The notes beneath the pieces were generated by a model. It searched no databases and was not told the DNA's origin. It worked only from the letters and a program-made list of their open reading frames with translations. Shown one piece after another: positions 48,970 to 59,883 of a DNA stretch of 64,000 nucleotides (positions within the stretch are counted from its first letter, which is position 1; every line of letters starts with the position of its first letter). Origin of the DNA: Adineta vaga (Eukaryota > Animalia > Rotifera); NCBI GenBank assembly GCA_021613535.1, contig CP075492.1, positions 2,604,001 through 2,668,000 of the forward strand, written 5' to 3'. A program made the translations under genes and the position numbers.

Positions 48970-49771
48970 ACTCAACATTCGTTTTTTTTTCAATAACATA
49001 TCTCTAATGAACAAATTTTAAATATTTTTATAAGTAGTTGATTATCTGCTTTGTGTATCCGCGTTTTATTTTATCAATAAAAGAGATCTTTCGCTATCAA
49101 ATTCAATCGTTGAGCAATTAGAATTGAGAAACATGAATCTGATGTTGCTTTTCTTTTAACGACAACAATAATAATAATATAAATGAGCAGCTTAGTGGCA
49201 TAAATATAAAATACAATTTCTATAGAAAAGCGATAAGCAAATACATTTCAGTGTTTTCTTCATTGATAAAGTCAAGCATGTTTGGACGTCAGCAGGGTGT
49301 GTGGGATTACTGAATAAATATATGATACTCACACCCATCCACATCCTCAACTTATATTAAGTGCTGCTGTTGATGGATGAATTTGATGACGTAATGCTAC
49401 TGCAAGAATCGAAAAGCTTATAGTGTCTTTCAGAAGTTCTAAAGCACTTTTGAAGCACATCGTTCTTATACATTCAACAAAAGCAATGTCTTTGAAATTT
49501 TGCTAGATTATGATACATACTCAGTTTCAAGTTTATAGCTTTTTCCATAGTTATGGACGAGTAGCAACAGTAAAATGCACTATTTTTCAAATTTTTCGAT
49601 TCAATTTCGGAATGTATAATATATGAATGGTACCTCGATATCTCGACTTATAAGACACTATCATGAGTCACTAAATATATAATTGTTGGAGTAAACCAAC
49701 ATATTCTTTCCTTTATAAATAGAATGATAAAAGCACGATACTTGACAGTGTTACAATTCTCGTTGTCATAA

Positions 49772-51496
49772 ATGTCGCAAACGAAATTCGAATTCTTCCC
49801 AAATGAAATCTTACTTGATTGTTTTCAATATCTTAATATTATTCATATTTTTCAATCATTTGATCAATTAAATCATCATTTCGATTCTCTTATTCGAATT
49901 ATTCCATTTAGTTTAAATTTTCAAAATATTCAAAACAAATTTCAATGTGATCAATTCTGTAGAAAATTAGCAATTGATAAAACAATCAAAAATCAACTCT
50001 ATTCAATACATTCATCAAATAAAAATACATGTTATCCAGCACATCTATTTATTTCAAGATTTTCATTATCAGAATTTCCACATCTACGTTCAATAACTTT
50101 AGATAGATTCACGGAAAATAATTGGAAATTGATTGCTCCAGCATTATCTCTATTATCTGAATTGTCTTCTTTTCAAATGATTGATTGTTTTGAACTATCA
50201 GATTACATAATACCTCACTTACCAATATCCCAATTACATACATTAATGATTCCATTAATATCATTTCCCGAATCAATTTCAGATAATCAATTTTCATCAA
50301 TTATTCATCTAACAATTTATAACGGTAATTTAGATGATTTATTTATTCTGTTGAGTAATGCATCGAAACTAAATTACTTAAAAATAGAAAGTTTTTTCGA
50401 CGTTTACGAAAATCAGACAACGAATCATGATAGATGTATTAAGAGTTCTCTCAATAATCTAAAAACATTCCATATTGATGACTTTTATAATACATTGCCT
50501 TGTCTTTTCAAGTTCTTAGAACAAATGCCAAATTTGGAGAATTTAATAATTACAGCTTGTAATGATCCTCTCATCATAAATGCTTCTAAATGGCAAAATT
50601 TCATAACTTCTTCATTACTTCATTTAAAGGATTTCAAATTCACATTTCATATCTATAATTTTCCACGAGACGATATTGATGAACAAAGTTTAAAAGAATT
50701 TCAAAACGATTTTTGGTGTAAACAACATCATTGGCACACAGAATATGCAATATCAACATCTTCAGCATTGATTTATACTATACCATATCTATGGGATAAA
50801 TTTGAACTTTTATCTGCTAAAAAACGGTATAATAATGGATTAATTAATCATGTGAATATATTTGATAATGTAAAAGATTTAACACTTCATCATCGTGCAT
50901 TAACTGAAAAAACTCAATATTATTTTTCTAATATTGATTCGTTATCACTTGGAAATCCACATCTATTACGTGATGAAAAAGTTGGGATGAATCAATCGCA
51001 TATACCATATCTTCAAACAATGATTGATTTGTCAAATATCAAACATTTACGTCTGTTCAGTACCTTACGATTTGAAACAAACGATGTATTGAAAGAAATC
51101 TTGAAATTGACAACAAAAATGACTTCGTTAGAAGGTACATTAGCTGATTTAATACGTTGGTTTAACGATGATGAATTATGCAAATATTTCAATCAATCGA
51201 TTCAGAAATTGAATATATCATATGATTCATTTGAAAATTCAGATCAACTAGAACAATTCTGTAAAATATTCGAGAATCTTTGTCATCTTCAATTTTCTTC
51301 AAATGAATCAGATACATTATTTTTAATCAAACACTTACCGAAATTAACATACATAGAAATACATCAATGTTCAGAGAGTTATGCAATATCTTGGCTTAAA
51401 CAGGAAGTGAAAAAACTTCATTTGGATATAACTGCTGATTTCAATGATGATGATGATTTTCCTCATCGTTTATTTATTTGGATTGATCGAAATTAA
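49772..51496 (+). CDS. F-box-like domain plus degenerate LRR protein
   Basis: FEFFPNEILLDCFQYL...SFDQLNHHFDSL; LxxLxI repeats; KWQNFITSSLLHLKDFKF, FW..HHW, IYTIPY. Confidence 0.75.
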   Translation: MSQTKFEFFPNEILLDCFQYLNIIHIFQSFDQLNHHFDSLIRIIPFSLNFQNIQNKFQCDQFCRKLAIDKTIKNQLYSIHSSNKNTCYPAHLFISRFSLSEFPHLRSITLDRFTENNWKLIAPALSLLSELSSFQMIDCFELSDYIIPHLPISQLHTLMIPLISFPESISDNQFSSIIHLTIYNGNLDDLFILLSNASKLNYLKIESFFDVYENQTTNHDRCIKSSLNNLKTFHIDDFYNTLPCLFKFLEQMPNLENLIITACNDPLIINASKWQNFITSSLLHLKDFKFTFHIYNFPRDDIDEQSLKEFQNDFWCKQHHWHTEYAISTSSALIYTIPYLWDKFELLSAKKRYNNGLINHVNIFDNVKDLTLHHRALTEKTQYYFSNIDSLSLGNPHLLRDEKVGMNQSHIPYLQTMIDLSNIKHLRLFSTLRFETNDVLKEILKLTTKMTSLEGTLADLIRWFNDDELCKYFNQSIQKLNISYDSFENSDQLEQFCKIFENLCHLQFSSNESDTLFLIKHLPKLTYIEIHQCSESYAISWLKQEVKKLHLDITADFNDDDDFPHRLFIWIDRN

Positions 51497-51937
51497 ATAG
51501 GAATTTTACACAACTTGTCGAGATAGTATTTATACAAGAATTACATTGGATTTTACTTTCATCAATAAATATGTGTTAGAGAACATTTTCTGTATGTCAT
51601 CGTTTTACTTTGAATTTTTTAAGCTTGAACAAAAAAATATTCTTTTCTTCTTGACTCAATACAGACTTCAATTTTCATTTGTTCTACCTATGATTTACAA
51701 AACTATTAACACCATCATTTCTTCTGGCAAAAAAGCAATTACCGTCAGTTTCGGTGAATATTTTCATAAAAATTATGACAACATCTGTTGCATTACTATA
51801 ATAGTATGCGTATATTAAATTGTTGATGATCCACATCACTTCACTTTTTTTGCTTTGCGTATATTTACTAGTATTCATGGCGCTTGATACTCTCTGTCTG
51901 GAAAAGCAAAGCACTTCTAGTATTCTCGTAGCTTGTC

Positions 51938-51972
51938 TCACCCACACCCACACCCATACCCACCCACCCTAA
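51938..51972. repeat. (CCCACA)n telomere-like tract
   Basis: CACCCACACCCACACCCATACCCACCCACCCT. Confidence 0.7.
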
Positions 51973-52720
51973 AATTCATTCAAAATTCGCCGTAGTTTTG
52001 TGTAAGTATAGAAAATGACGACGCGACATACGATAAAATAACTAACATATCACTCCCGTTTTACCGGTGTTTAGTACTATGGTATATATTAAAAGAAATG
52101 TACGTAATTGCTTCGTGTTTCCAAGAGTTCTTATATAGCCATTGTGACGTAATAACTAATCTTAGAATGTATTTACTATTCTTGGGTACATAAAAAAGAG
52201 AAATATTAGGAGTCCATGATTTTTTTACCATTGGAAAGTTAATTTAGTTCGCGAATGAAAATAATTCCCTAAAAACATTTTAATTTTTCAATAATTTGAA
52301 CCCGACACAAATATCTATGTTTTTTATAATAAAATATTTCAAGGTTTGCAAATCTGCATTAGTTATCATATTTTATTGATTCACAAGAAAAAGAACTGAC
52401 AAATATGAAGAAAAATCTCTTTTATAGAGACGAGCAAATATTTCATTTATTTTTATAAAGAATGAAAGTGAAATATAATATATACTGCATCGGTAATGAC
52501 AAACATTCGGTTTTTCGCATATTGAGACGTTACTTTATACTAACGATACGGGGAAGCTTGTCTTCATTTTAGAAAGTAAAGATGAAATAAAACTTTTAGT
52601 CGAGTATACTTTGTTTTATTTACGAAGATAAAAGAATTTTTTATATTTACAACTGTTGCTAAAAAATAACATAGAAATTTTGGCAGTCAGTTTTTAATCT
52701 TTTAGTTTACGATCATACTA

Positions 52721-55289
52721 ATGGCTGAAATTAAATTTGTATCAAAAGCCACGCAAACAGCATCTGCTGATCTTCAAGACGAATGCTGGATTCAACAAAT
52801 GCCTTCTCATCAAAGGTCGAACCTCGAAGGCCATCAGCTAGTATGGTGCGACAATAACGAAGTAATTCAGGACACTGAAAACATTATTACTCTTGCAAAA
52901 TTAAGAAGCATCGTGGATTATACAAAACTGTTTGATGATGTTTCGTCTTGTCGTCGTTATATCGAGCAGACATGCAGCACTACGACATTCCTCGTCTGTG
53001 TCGGTAATATGGCATTCAGTCTAATTCCACAAGTACATGAATTGAACAATATTAAATCAATTTATATTCACCGTAAAAGGAAATCATCAGATTTATCGCA
53101 AACTCTGGCTAATTTCTCGAAAGTAAGACTTTTCAAGATGAGCAAAAATGTATTTGATGTAAGTGTACAAACGTTCTTTTTTTGTGTTTTAAAGGTTAAA
53201 TCAGAACATATCACTGCTCAATCAGTACTCAATGTACTTACTGATGATGTAAACACATATTGTAAAGAAGAAAAAAAACGTATTTTTAATCAAAATGATG
53301 AGAATGAGAGTTCCTCACTTGATGACTATCGATATTGTTGGTGGCCACAGTTTATCAATATGCTATGTAAATTACCATATCATCTATTAGAGACAGATGA
53401 CGCTCGTCAAAAGTTAATTTCACATGTACGACAATATTATCGAGATAATGAAAGCGAACAGAAATTGTTGGATGATTTTCAAGAAACTTACACTCCGGAA
53501 AATGCAATTTGGTGGTACACTCGTGACACATTCTTCTATCGCCTTCTTAACAAAGCACTTCGACAGCATAACATTGAAGATGTTACTCTATTTGGATTTT
53601 ACTTGAAAGATCTCTATAATCAACTGAAACCTTTACACAAAAGTTTTCTATCTGCGCATTCGAACGAGCAAGTCATTAAATTCTATCGTGGGCAACTTAT
53701 ATCACTCAAAGATATAAAAAAAATTCAAGCGGCCAATTACTACAGTATTACAATAAGTAGTCTTTTTTCGACTAGTATCGATCGCAATGTCGCATTGTTT
53801 GAACTAAATCCATCGGAGGATCATAAAGAGCCCGGGCTGGAATATGTTTTATTCGAAATCGAAGTTGATACTGGAAAGCGGTCATTACCGTTTGGAAACA
53901 TCACACATCTGTCCAATTTTCCAAGTGAACAGGAAATCTTACTAATGGTTGGAACTCATTTAAAAGTTGTAAAAGTAGTGTATGAAGAAGAAAGAAAGTT
54001 TTATTTAATAGAATTGACACTTGCTGATAACCTTTCTTCGGAAGAAGATAATGAAAAGACTAATAGTTCTCTAAGTGATCTTCTAAAGAACTGCATATAC
54101 AAAACTATGAATGGATTGGAAAAAGCAAACATCACAGAAATTAATTGCATCTTTGATAAATTAAGTGGAATATTTCTGACGGAAAAAAATTGGCTTGAAG
54201 GTTCTAGATATCATTGTCTGGGAAATCATTACAAATTTCATCGGGAAAGCTATCGTACAGCTCTTCCTTATTATGAACAAGCTATAAATGTATATCAAAT
54301 ATTTCTAACGGATTCAGAATTAGAACTACGATTACTCATCGCAAATTGTTATCGATACATTGGTGACATTTACAAAAACAATATAAAAGATAAAATGCTG
54401 GCAAGAAAACATTATGATCTCTCAATATCCATGTTAGAAAGTTTACTTGCAACTATTGAATCGTCTAATCAACGAGTCAAAGCATACGAAATTATAATTA
54501 TCACTTGTATTGAAAAAGGTAAAGTTCTTGAAAATGACGTTGAAAAACAAGAGAATTCACAAAAAATTATCACTTGCAAAAAAGCGCAGGTGCAAGAAAT
54601 GGTAAAAGCAAACAACAACATGCCAGTACCTATAAGTAAGTATGTTATTTTTGGCAGATTCTAATATCACGTCTAGCCTATTGTTTTTCAAGAGAACTAT
54701 ATACGTAGAGACTTCGTTCAGTTTCACTTGAATTCAACTGTATTAAGTTTTGAATTGTGATGATCTTCGTTTCTGATAAGAATTTCTTCGAATAATGCTG
54801 AATAAAAATTTATAGGTTCTCTGGTCACAAGTGAACGTGTTTTTTATGTCATATGGTTGGATTCTGCTCTTAGTACTTCACCAGAGCTTATAGAAACACG
54901 AAAAAAGTTAAAAGAGTTATTCGACGAACAAGTTCTGGCGTATGATAAAGCAAATGAATGCAATGTATCGATTCAAAACAAGATACATGATAAAATTATA
55001 TTTGTGATCGAAATACAAATCGCAAGATCAGTTGTGTATTTGTTACATGACTTACCGCAGATCTATCGGATTCTGATTTATTCCACGAATGAAGAAGTAA
55101 ATGAACAATGGATGACTTATTATTCGAAAGTAAGAATATAGTTATTCTATGTAACAATATCTAGTTGTCTATTCAAATTCATAGATTCGAGTCATGGTTT
55201 TTACGCCGGATTTATTAATTGAAAACGTTCTGGAACTCATGGATGAAAATGTGAAACAGGATAGAGAAGAGGAACAACGAAAAAGGTAA
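52721..55289 (+). CDS. ART-domain plus TPR protein with related alpha/beta (receiver-like) domains at both ends; introns 53123-53194, 54635-54816, 55129-55185
   Basis: AIWWYTRDTFFYRLLNKALR, FYRGQ, LFSTS, EQEILL; TPR helices; LVWCD...YSKV-type domain repeated as VIWLD...YSKI in the last exons. Confidence 0.7.
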
Positions 55290-55845
55290 TAACTTTAAAA
55301 TGACTGGACAATAATGTACGAGCAAAGTTATTTCTAAGCCTTATAGAACTTATAGAATGTAATAATCACTTCTCTTTTTAATGAAAACTCCACATAATAA
55401 AAAAAAGAAGAAAAACTCCACTCCAAAAGCTTCTCATGTTATACATATTTATTGAGCTTACTCACATATGCAGAATGTATCTATTTCAGAATAAGATCCA
55501 CGCTCATATGGAGGGAGAAAGAGATGATATCATTATCGTTACAAAAGTGCACGGAAACGAGATATTTCTGTAGAGTCGTATATATTAAGATCTCGTCTCG
55601 AAACAACTGTTACCTGTCTTAGTTGCATTTTGTCATTTAGAATTCAAATTACGCTTTAAATATTGGATTCTTACAGTTCGAACTCAGAAACGATCCGCCC
55701 AAGTAACATCGAAAACAATAAAAGATATGTCGAGATGTCGAAAGATTCCTTATTATATTCTCACTTTTTCGCCTTCGTCAAATTCAAATTAACCATATGA
55801 GTTAAAAACGAGTAATTGTGAGCGTAATAGAAACCAATTGTCTAG

Positions 55846-56553
55846 GATTTTTCATGGTATTATTTCAGGTTTGGTGCTTCGAGCCAACCAATCTTATGGC
55901 TGAAAGATTTAAGAAACACGCCTCTGGTATCTCTAGAAGACGCAGTCGAGCCTTTACGAAGTACTTTTCCGAGGGTGAATATGTCCGCCCGCGTTGCTAA
56001 ATATAGAATAGGAAAACCTCCTGATGGACTAACGATTGATGAATCAGCGGCAATCCAAATTTATGAAACGGGAGGGTCGGGATTAAATCAAAGAATATAT
56101 GATATTCTCAATCGAGTTCTCTTTGATCAAGATCGAGACCAAATGCAACCATATCTCTCCTATTTGAAATTATTATTAACAGCATTGTGGAAGCTGCCAT
56201 CTTTTCAAGGAACTATTTGTTATGAAGAGCAAGCAGATGTGAGTAATCAATATCGGAAAGGACAAAAAGGAATCTGGTGGCAAATTACAGCTACAAGGAT
56301 CGATTCGCGTAAGCTTCGGAAAACAACCCTTTTCGGACTATCAAAGCAGAAAACTATGTTTTCAATTCAATGTGAAAATGGGAAACCAGTAAAAAAACAT
56401 TTATATGTTCCGTATGATGAAATTTTGTTATTACCTGGCTTCCAGTATGAAGTGCTAGGTGTTCAACAAGTAAACGCCGATTTTCACATAATTACTTTAA
56501 AAGAAATTGAATCAGAATTTCCTTTGATTTCACCGTCTTTCGAATTATCGTAA
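55846..56553 (+). CDS. Divergent ART-family protein, probably catalytically inactive; 5' exon not resolved
   Basis: PLVSLEDAVEPL, PPDGLTIDESAAIQIY, YLKLLLTALWKLP, EILLLPG align with the 62178-63160 ART; catalytic R and S-T motifs replaced. Confidence 0.7.
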   Translation, partial: DFSWYYFRFGASSQPILWLKDLRNTPLVSLEDAVEPLRSTFPRVNMSARVAKYRIGKPPDGLTIDESAAIQIYETGGSGLNQRIYDILNRVLFDQDRDQMQPYLSYLKLLLTALWKLPSFQGTICYEEQADVSNQYRKGQKGIWWQITATRIDSRKLRKTTLFGLSKQKTMFSIQCENGKPVKKHLYVPYDEILLLPGFQYEVLGVQQVNADFHIITLKEIESEFPLISPSFELS

Positions 56554-56914
56554 TTTAAAAATACTGTCTGTTTTCATTTTATAAATTACAAACAAGAAGT
56601 TGTCACTCATTCTTTTGAATACGAATTTAAACGTTTGAATTCTCCCGGATGTTATTTTTATTCAATTCCATTAAAGTTAATTAACAAAATAACGCTCATC
56701 GAGAGTGACTCACTCAGCTCTCAACTTCTAATCGTTCAATCTTTTCAACGTTAAGTATAGCGGTCTTATCACTCGCAGAGCACAAGATAGACGAGAATTT
56801 TACATCTCCTGATAGTCGTAAATATCTATTTATCATTTTTGTTTTATTATATTCGAATAGAATTTATAAAGACACAATGTAAAATTATTGTTAGGTATCA
56901 AGCGATGTGGTTTA

Positions 56915-57300
56915 ATCTTTAGGCGAGTCGTTGCATTGGACCATAATAGTAGTCACGCATCCATGACATTTAATAGGCCATAATTTTGTTTACACGGCGC
57001 CTTCGACCGGCTATAGCAACTGATCGAACGGTCAGCAACTGATGAGAAACTTTATCGATTTCATAAAATTCATTTGAACAGTTTCCACATAAAGCATCCG
57101 ATTGAAAAAAATACTTTGTTGTTGAATACATCTGGGCTTGGAATGTAACATAGAACTACCAAAGCACGAACTTCTGCATACGATAATGATGACCAATTCT
57201 GATAGTTACGATACCGTTGTATGTCACTGTCTGTGTATTCGATTGCAGTACATACAGTATTAAAATAATACATAAGTCTCTTGAGGGTGGGTGTAGGTGA
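56915..57300 (-). pseudogene. Disrupted uncharacterised protein
   Basis: Coding-like text LMYYFNTVC...SPDVFNNKVFF[+1 fs]QSDALCGNCSNEFYEI...AGRRRRVNKIMAY*MSWMRDYYYGPMQRLA*; frameshift in a T-run plus stops. Confidence 0.55.
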
Positions 57301-58004
57301 CAGAAGAAAGTACACCTACGCCCTTTCATATTTTCGAACAATAGTAACATTCGTTGATATGTATGAAACATTATAGATATATAACCAACCTGGATTGTAG
57401 AATGACAATTAATAATAAAGATCTTCATAAATAAGAAGAAAAAGATTTGCTTCATTTTTCTAGATCAACTACTGTTGAAATAAAGAACGATTCGACTGAA
57501 AACATTTTTTAATTAAATAAAATCTAAATATAATTATGTGCTATTTTATTTACATCTTTTTCTTTCTTAATGTATTCTGAAGTAAATGCTAACTGGAAGA
57601 TTCTATCGTGCTTGAACATCTGATAGGTAGGAGATAATTGTTTTCTTTGATGACTCACAATATGCTATATTATTTCAATCAAATTGTATACACTTTGATA
57701 CGTTTATTTTAGTAGCAAAGTGAATTTCAATCTAGTTTGAATACAACTTTCGAGTAGTACATGTATGAGAACAAAGTGATATCAAAATATAAATATATAT
57801 ATATGAAAGTGCTGCACGAATAGGATTAATGCAATTCCAAATTCAAATAAGGCGAAAAACCTTGATCATAGTTGTGAAATAACGAGCGAGGCTTTTTTTC
57901 GTTCTTTTTATTGCGACAATTATTGTGATAGAAAAGCACGAGGTAATGTATTTGTATAAATTATTCTCGATTTTTTCTTCATCAATCGACAGTAAAATAA
58001 CAAT

Positions 58005-58402
58005 ATGTAAGTTCTTCTGTTATATCTTCAAATACTACACTTTCTTCTTCTCATTCGAATGATAATATGTGAAAAAAACTTATCTAGCTGTTTTACTTTT
58101 TAGGGAAGAACTAAAATTAGCACCATTTGAAAGTAAATCATGGCCTGATTTAGTTGGTAAGCCAGTAGATGAAGCTATTGAAGAAATCAAACGTGAAAAT
58201 CCAGGTAAGAGAATATCTCTATGCTTGAATAAACTAAATAATCTTCAGATCATTTTCATAGTGTCTTTGTCTATTTATTTTAGATTATCAAGTGGAAAAA
58301 TTAGCACTTCACTCGCCTATGAAACTAAACTTACGACCTACTCGTGTACGAGTTTTCTTTGATGAACTAAATAAAGTTGCACGACCACCACAAACTGGCT
58401 GA
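58005..58402 (+). CDS. Potato inhibitor I (MEROPS I13, eglin c/CI-2 family) serine protease inhibitor; exons 58005-58006, 58104-58204, 58284-58402
   Basis: KSWPDLVGKPVDEA...IKRENP|D...MKLNLRPTRVRVFFD...VARPPQTG*. Confidence 0.85.
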
Positions 58403-58613
58403 ACATTCAAAATATTATACATAAACATTACATTTGTTTTTAATTTTGAACTAGATGACTTGCCGTTAGTCGTTGCAAAGACTTTTAAAAGTAATTAATA
58501 ACCCATGACTGTTCTCTATATTATTTCAGAACCAGATAAATATTTTTTTGAATAGGTTACGTGAATGAGGGTTAATTTGAATGAGAATATAAAAGGAATC
58601 CCTATCCTCACCT

Positions 58614-59521
58614 TCAGTATGGTTTTATGTTATCATTAAACAGAAGAAAAAGAAAAAAGAACAATAAAAGATGTGGAGAATAGGACATGATGAATGATGA
58701 ATTACGAGAAATTTTATCGAGAAATATTTTGACAGTTTCATGTACTTTATCAATAGCTGCAACATTGTACGAATCTGAATAATTAGCGCCTGTTGATACA
58801 AAACCATGTTTCATGTTTGAATATGTTTCATATTGACATTGGCTAGATACTCTTGAACTTGCCGATTGTTCTATTACAGTTGAAATATTAGGCTGCAATG
58901 GTGGATCATCACCAGCAGCTATAAAAAAGACTGGTTGTTGTAAATTCTTAACCTCATCTTCTGTCAACCATGCACCATGAATAGAAATGCCCGTAACAAA
59001 GAGATTCGAAAGATTCGAACAAGCACGAGCAACTTGTAAACCACCCCAACAGAAACCGATGAGAGCAATACGACGAGATGATGATAATGATGTATTTCGA
59101 AGCCAAGAAGCAATAGTTTTCAAATCGATTGATACTTGTGACCAATTACCAACTTGAGCAACCCATGCTATTAGATGAGGTGTTGTTACTGATGCCGATT
59201 TACCACGATAAAAATCTGGCATAACAACTTGAACTTCATATTCAGCAGCAAGTCGATCACAAAATACACGTGTTTGACTTATATTAAATCCATAAATATC
59301 ATAAAAAACAATTATGGAGAGATCTTTTAATGAATTTGTATTACTACCAACTGTATAAACGTCCATGTCTTCTACTCGAACGATTTCACCTTTTGCATAA
59401 GTATCATTCCATAAACCAATTGAGTAACATTCTAACAGAAAAATCGTCTTTATTCGATTTTTTAACATATGAACTTACTTAAAAAATGTAGTAATAGAAT
59501 TAATAAATAGAAAATTTTCAT
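58614..59521 (-). CDS. Dienelactone hydrolase-family enzyme with signal peptide and hydrophobic C-tail, 2 exons
   Basis: YDIYG, VVMPDFYRG, IGFCWGG nucleophile, AGDD, MKHGF; spliced N-terminus MKIFYLLILLLHFL|KCYS. Confidence 0.85.
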
Positions 59522-59883
59522 TGTTTTAGTGACTTTTTTCAACAATTCAAGATAAGAGTCCACACAAAAGCAAAAAAGACTATTTATAAGATACTTGTAA
59601 AATATATTATCAGTATGTGACAAGGCAGAACAAGAAAAAAAAATACACGACATTAAAAGAAATGACGTTTGATAACTATTTTAATCCAGTATTGATGATT
59701 TTATTACTGAAATATGTTTGTTATACACAAATGATATTTTTATTGCATCGAGTACATTATTCAAACAATGCTACATCTGCAATCTCTGCATAAGAAAAGC
59801 AATTATTGTTAATATTTGCATTTTTCTATGATGCCTTTCTTTTATAATCACTTCATACGAAATTCTTATCTATATATATAATG

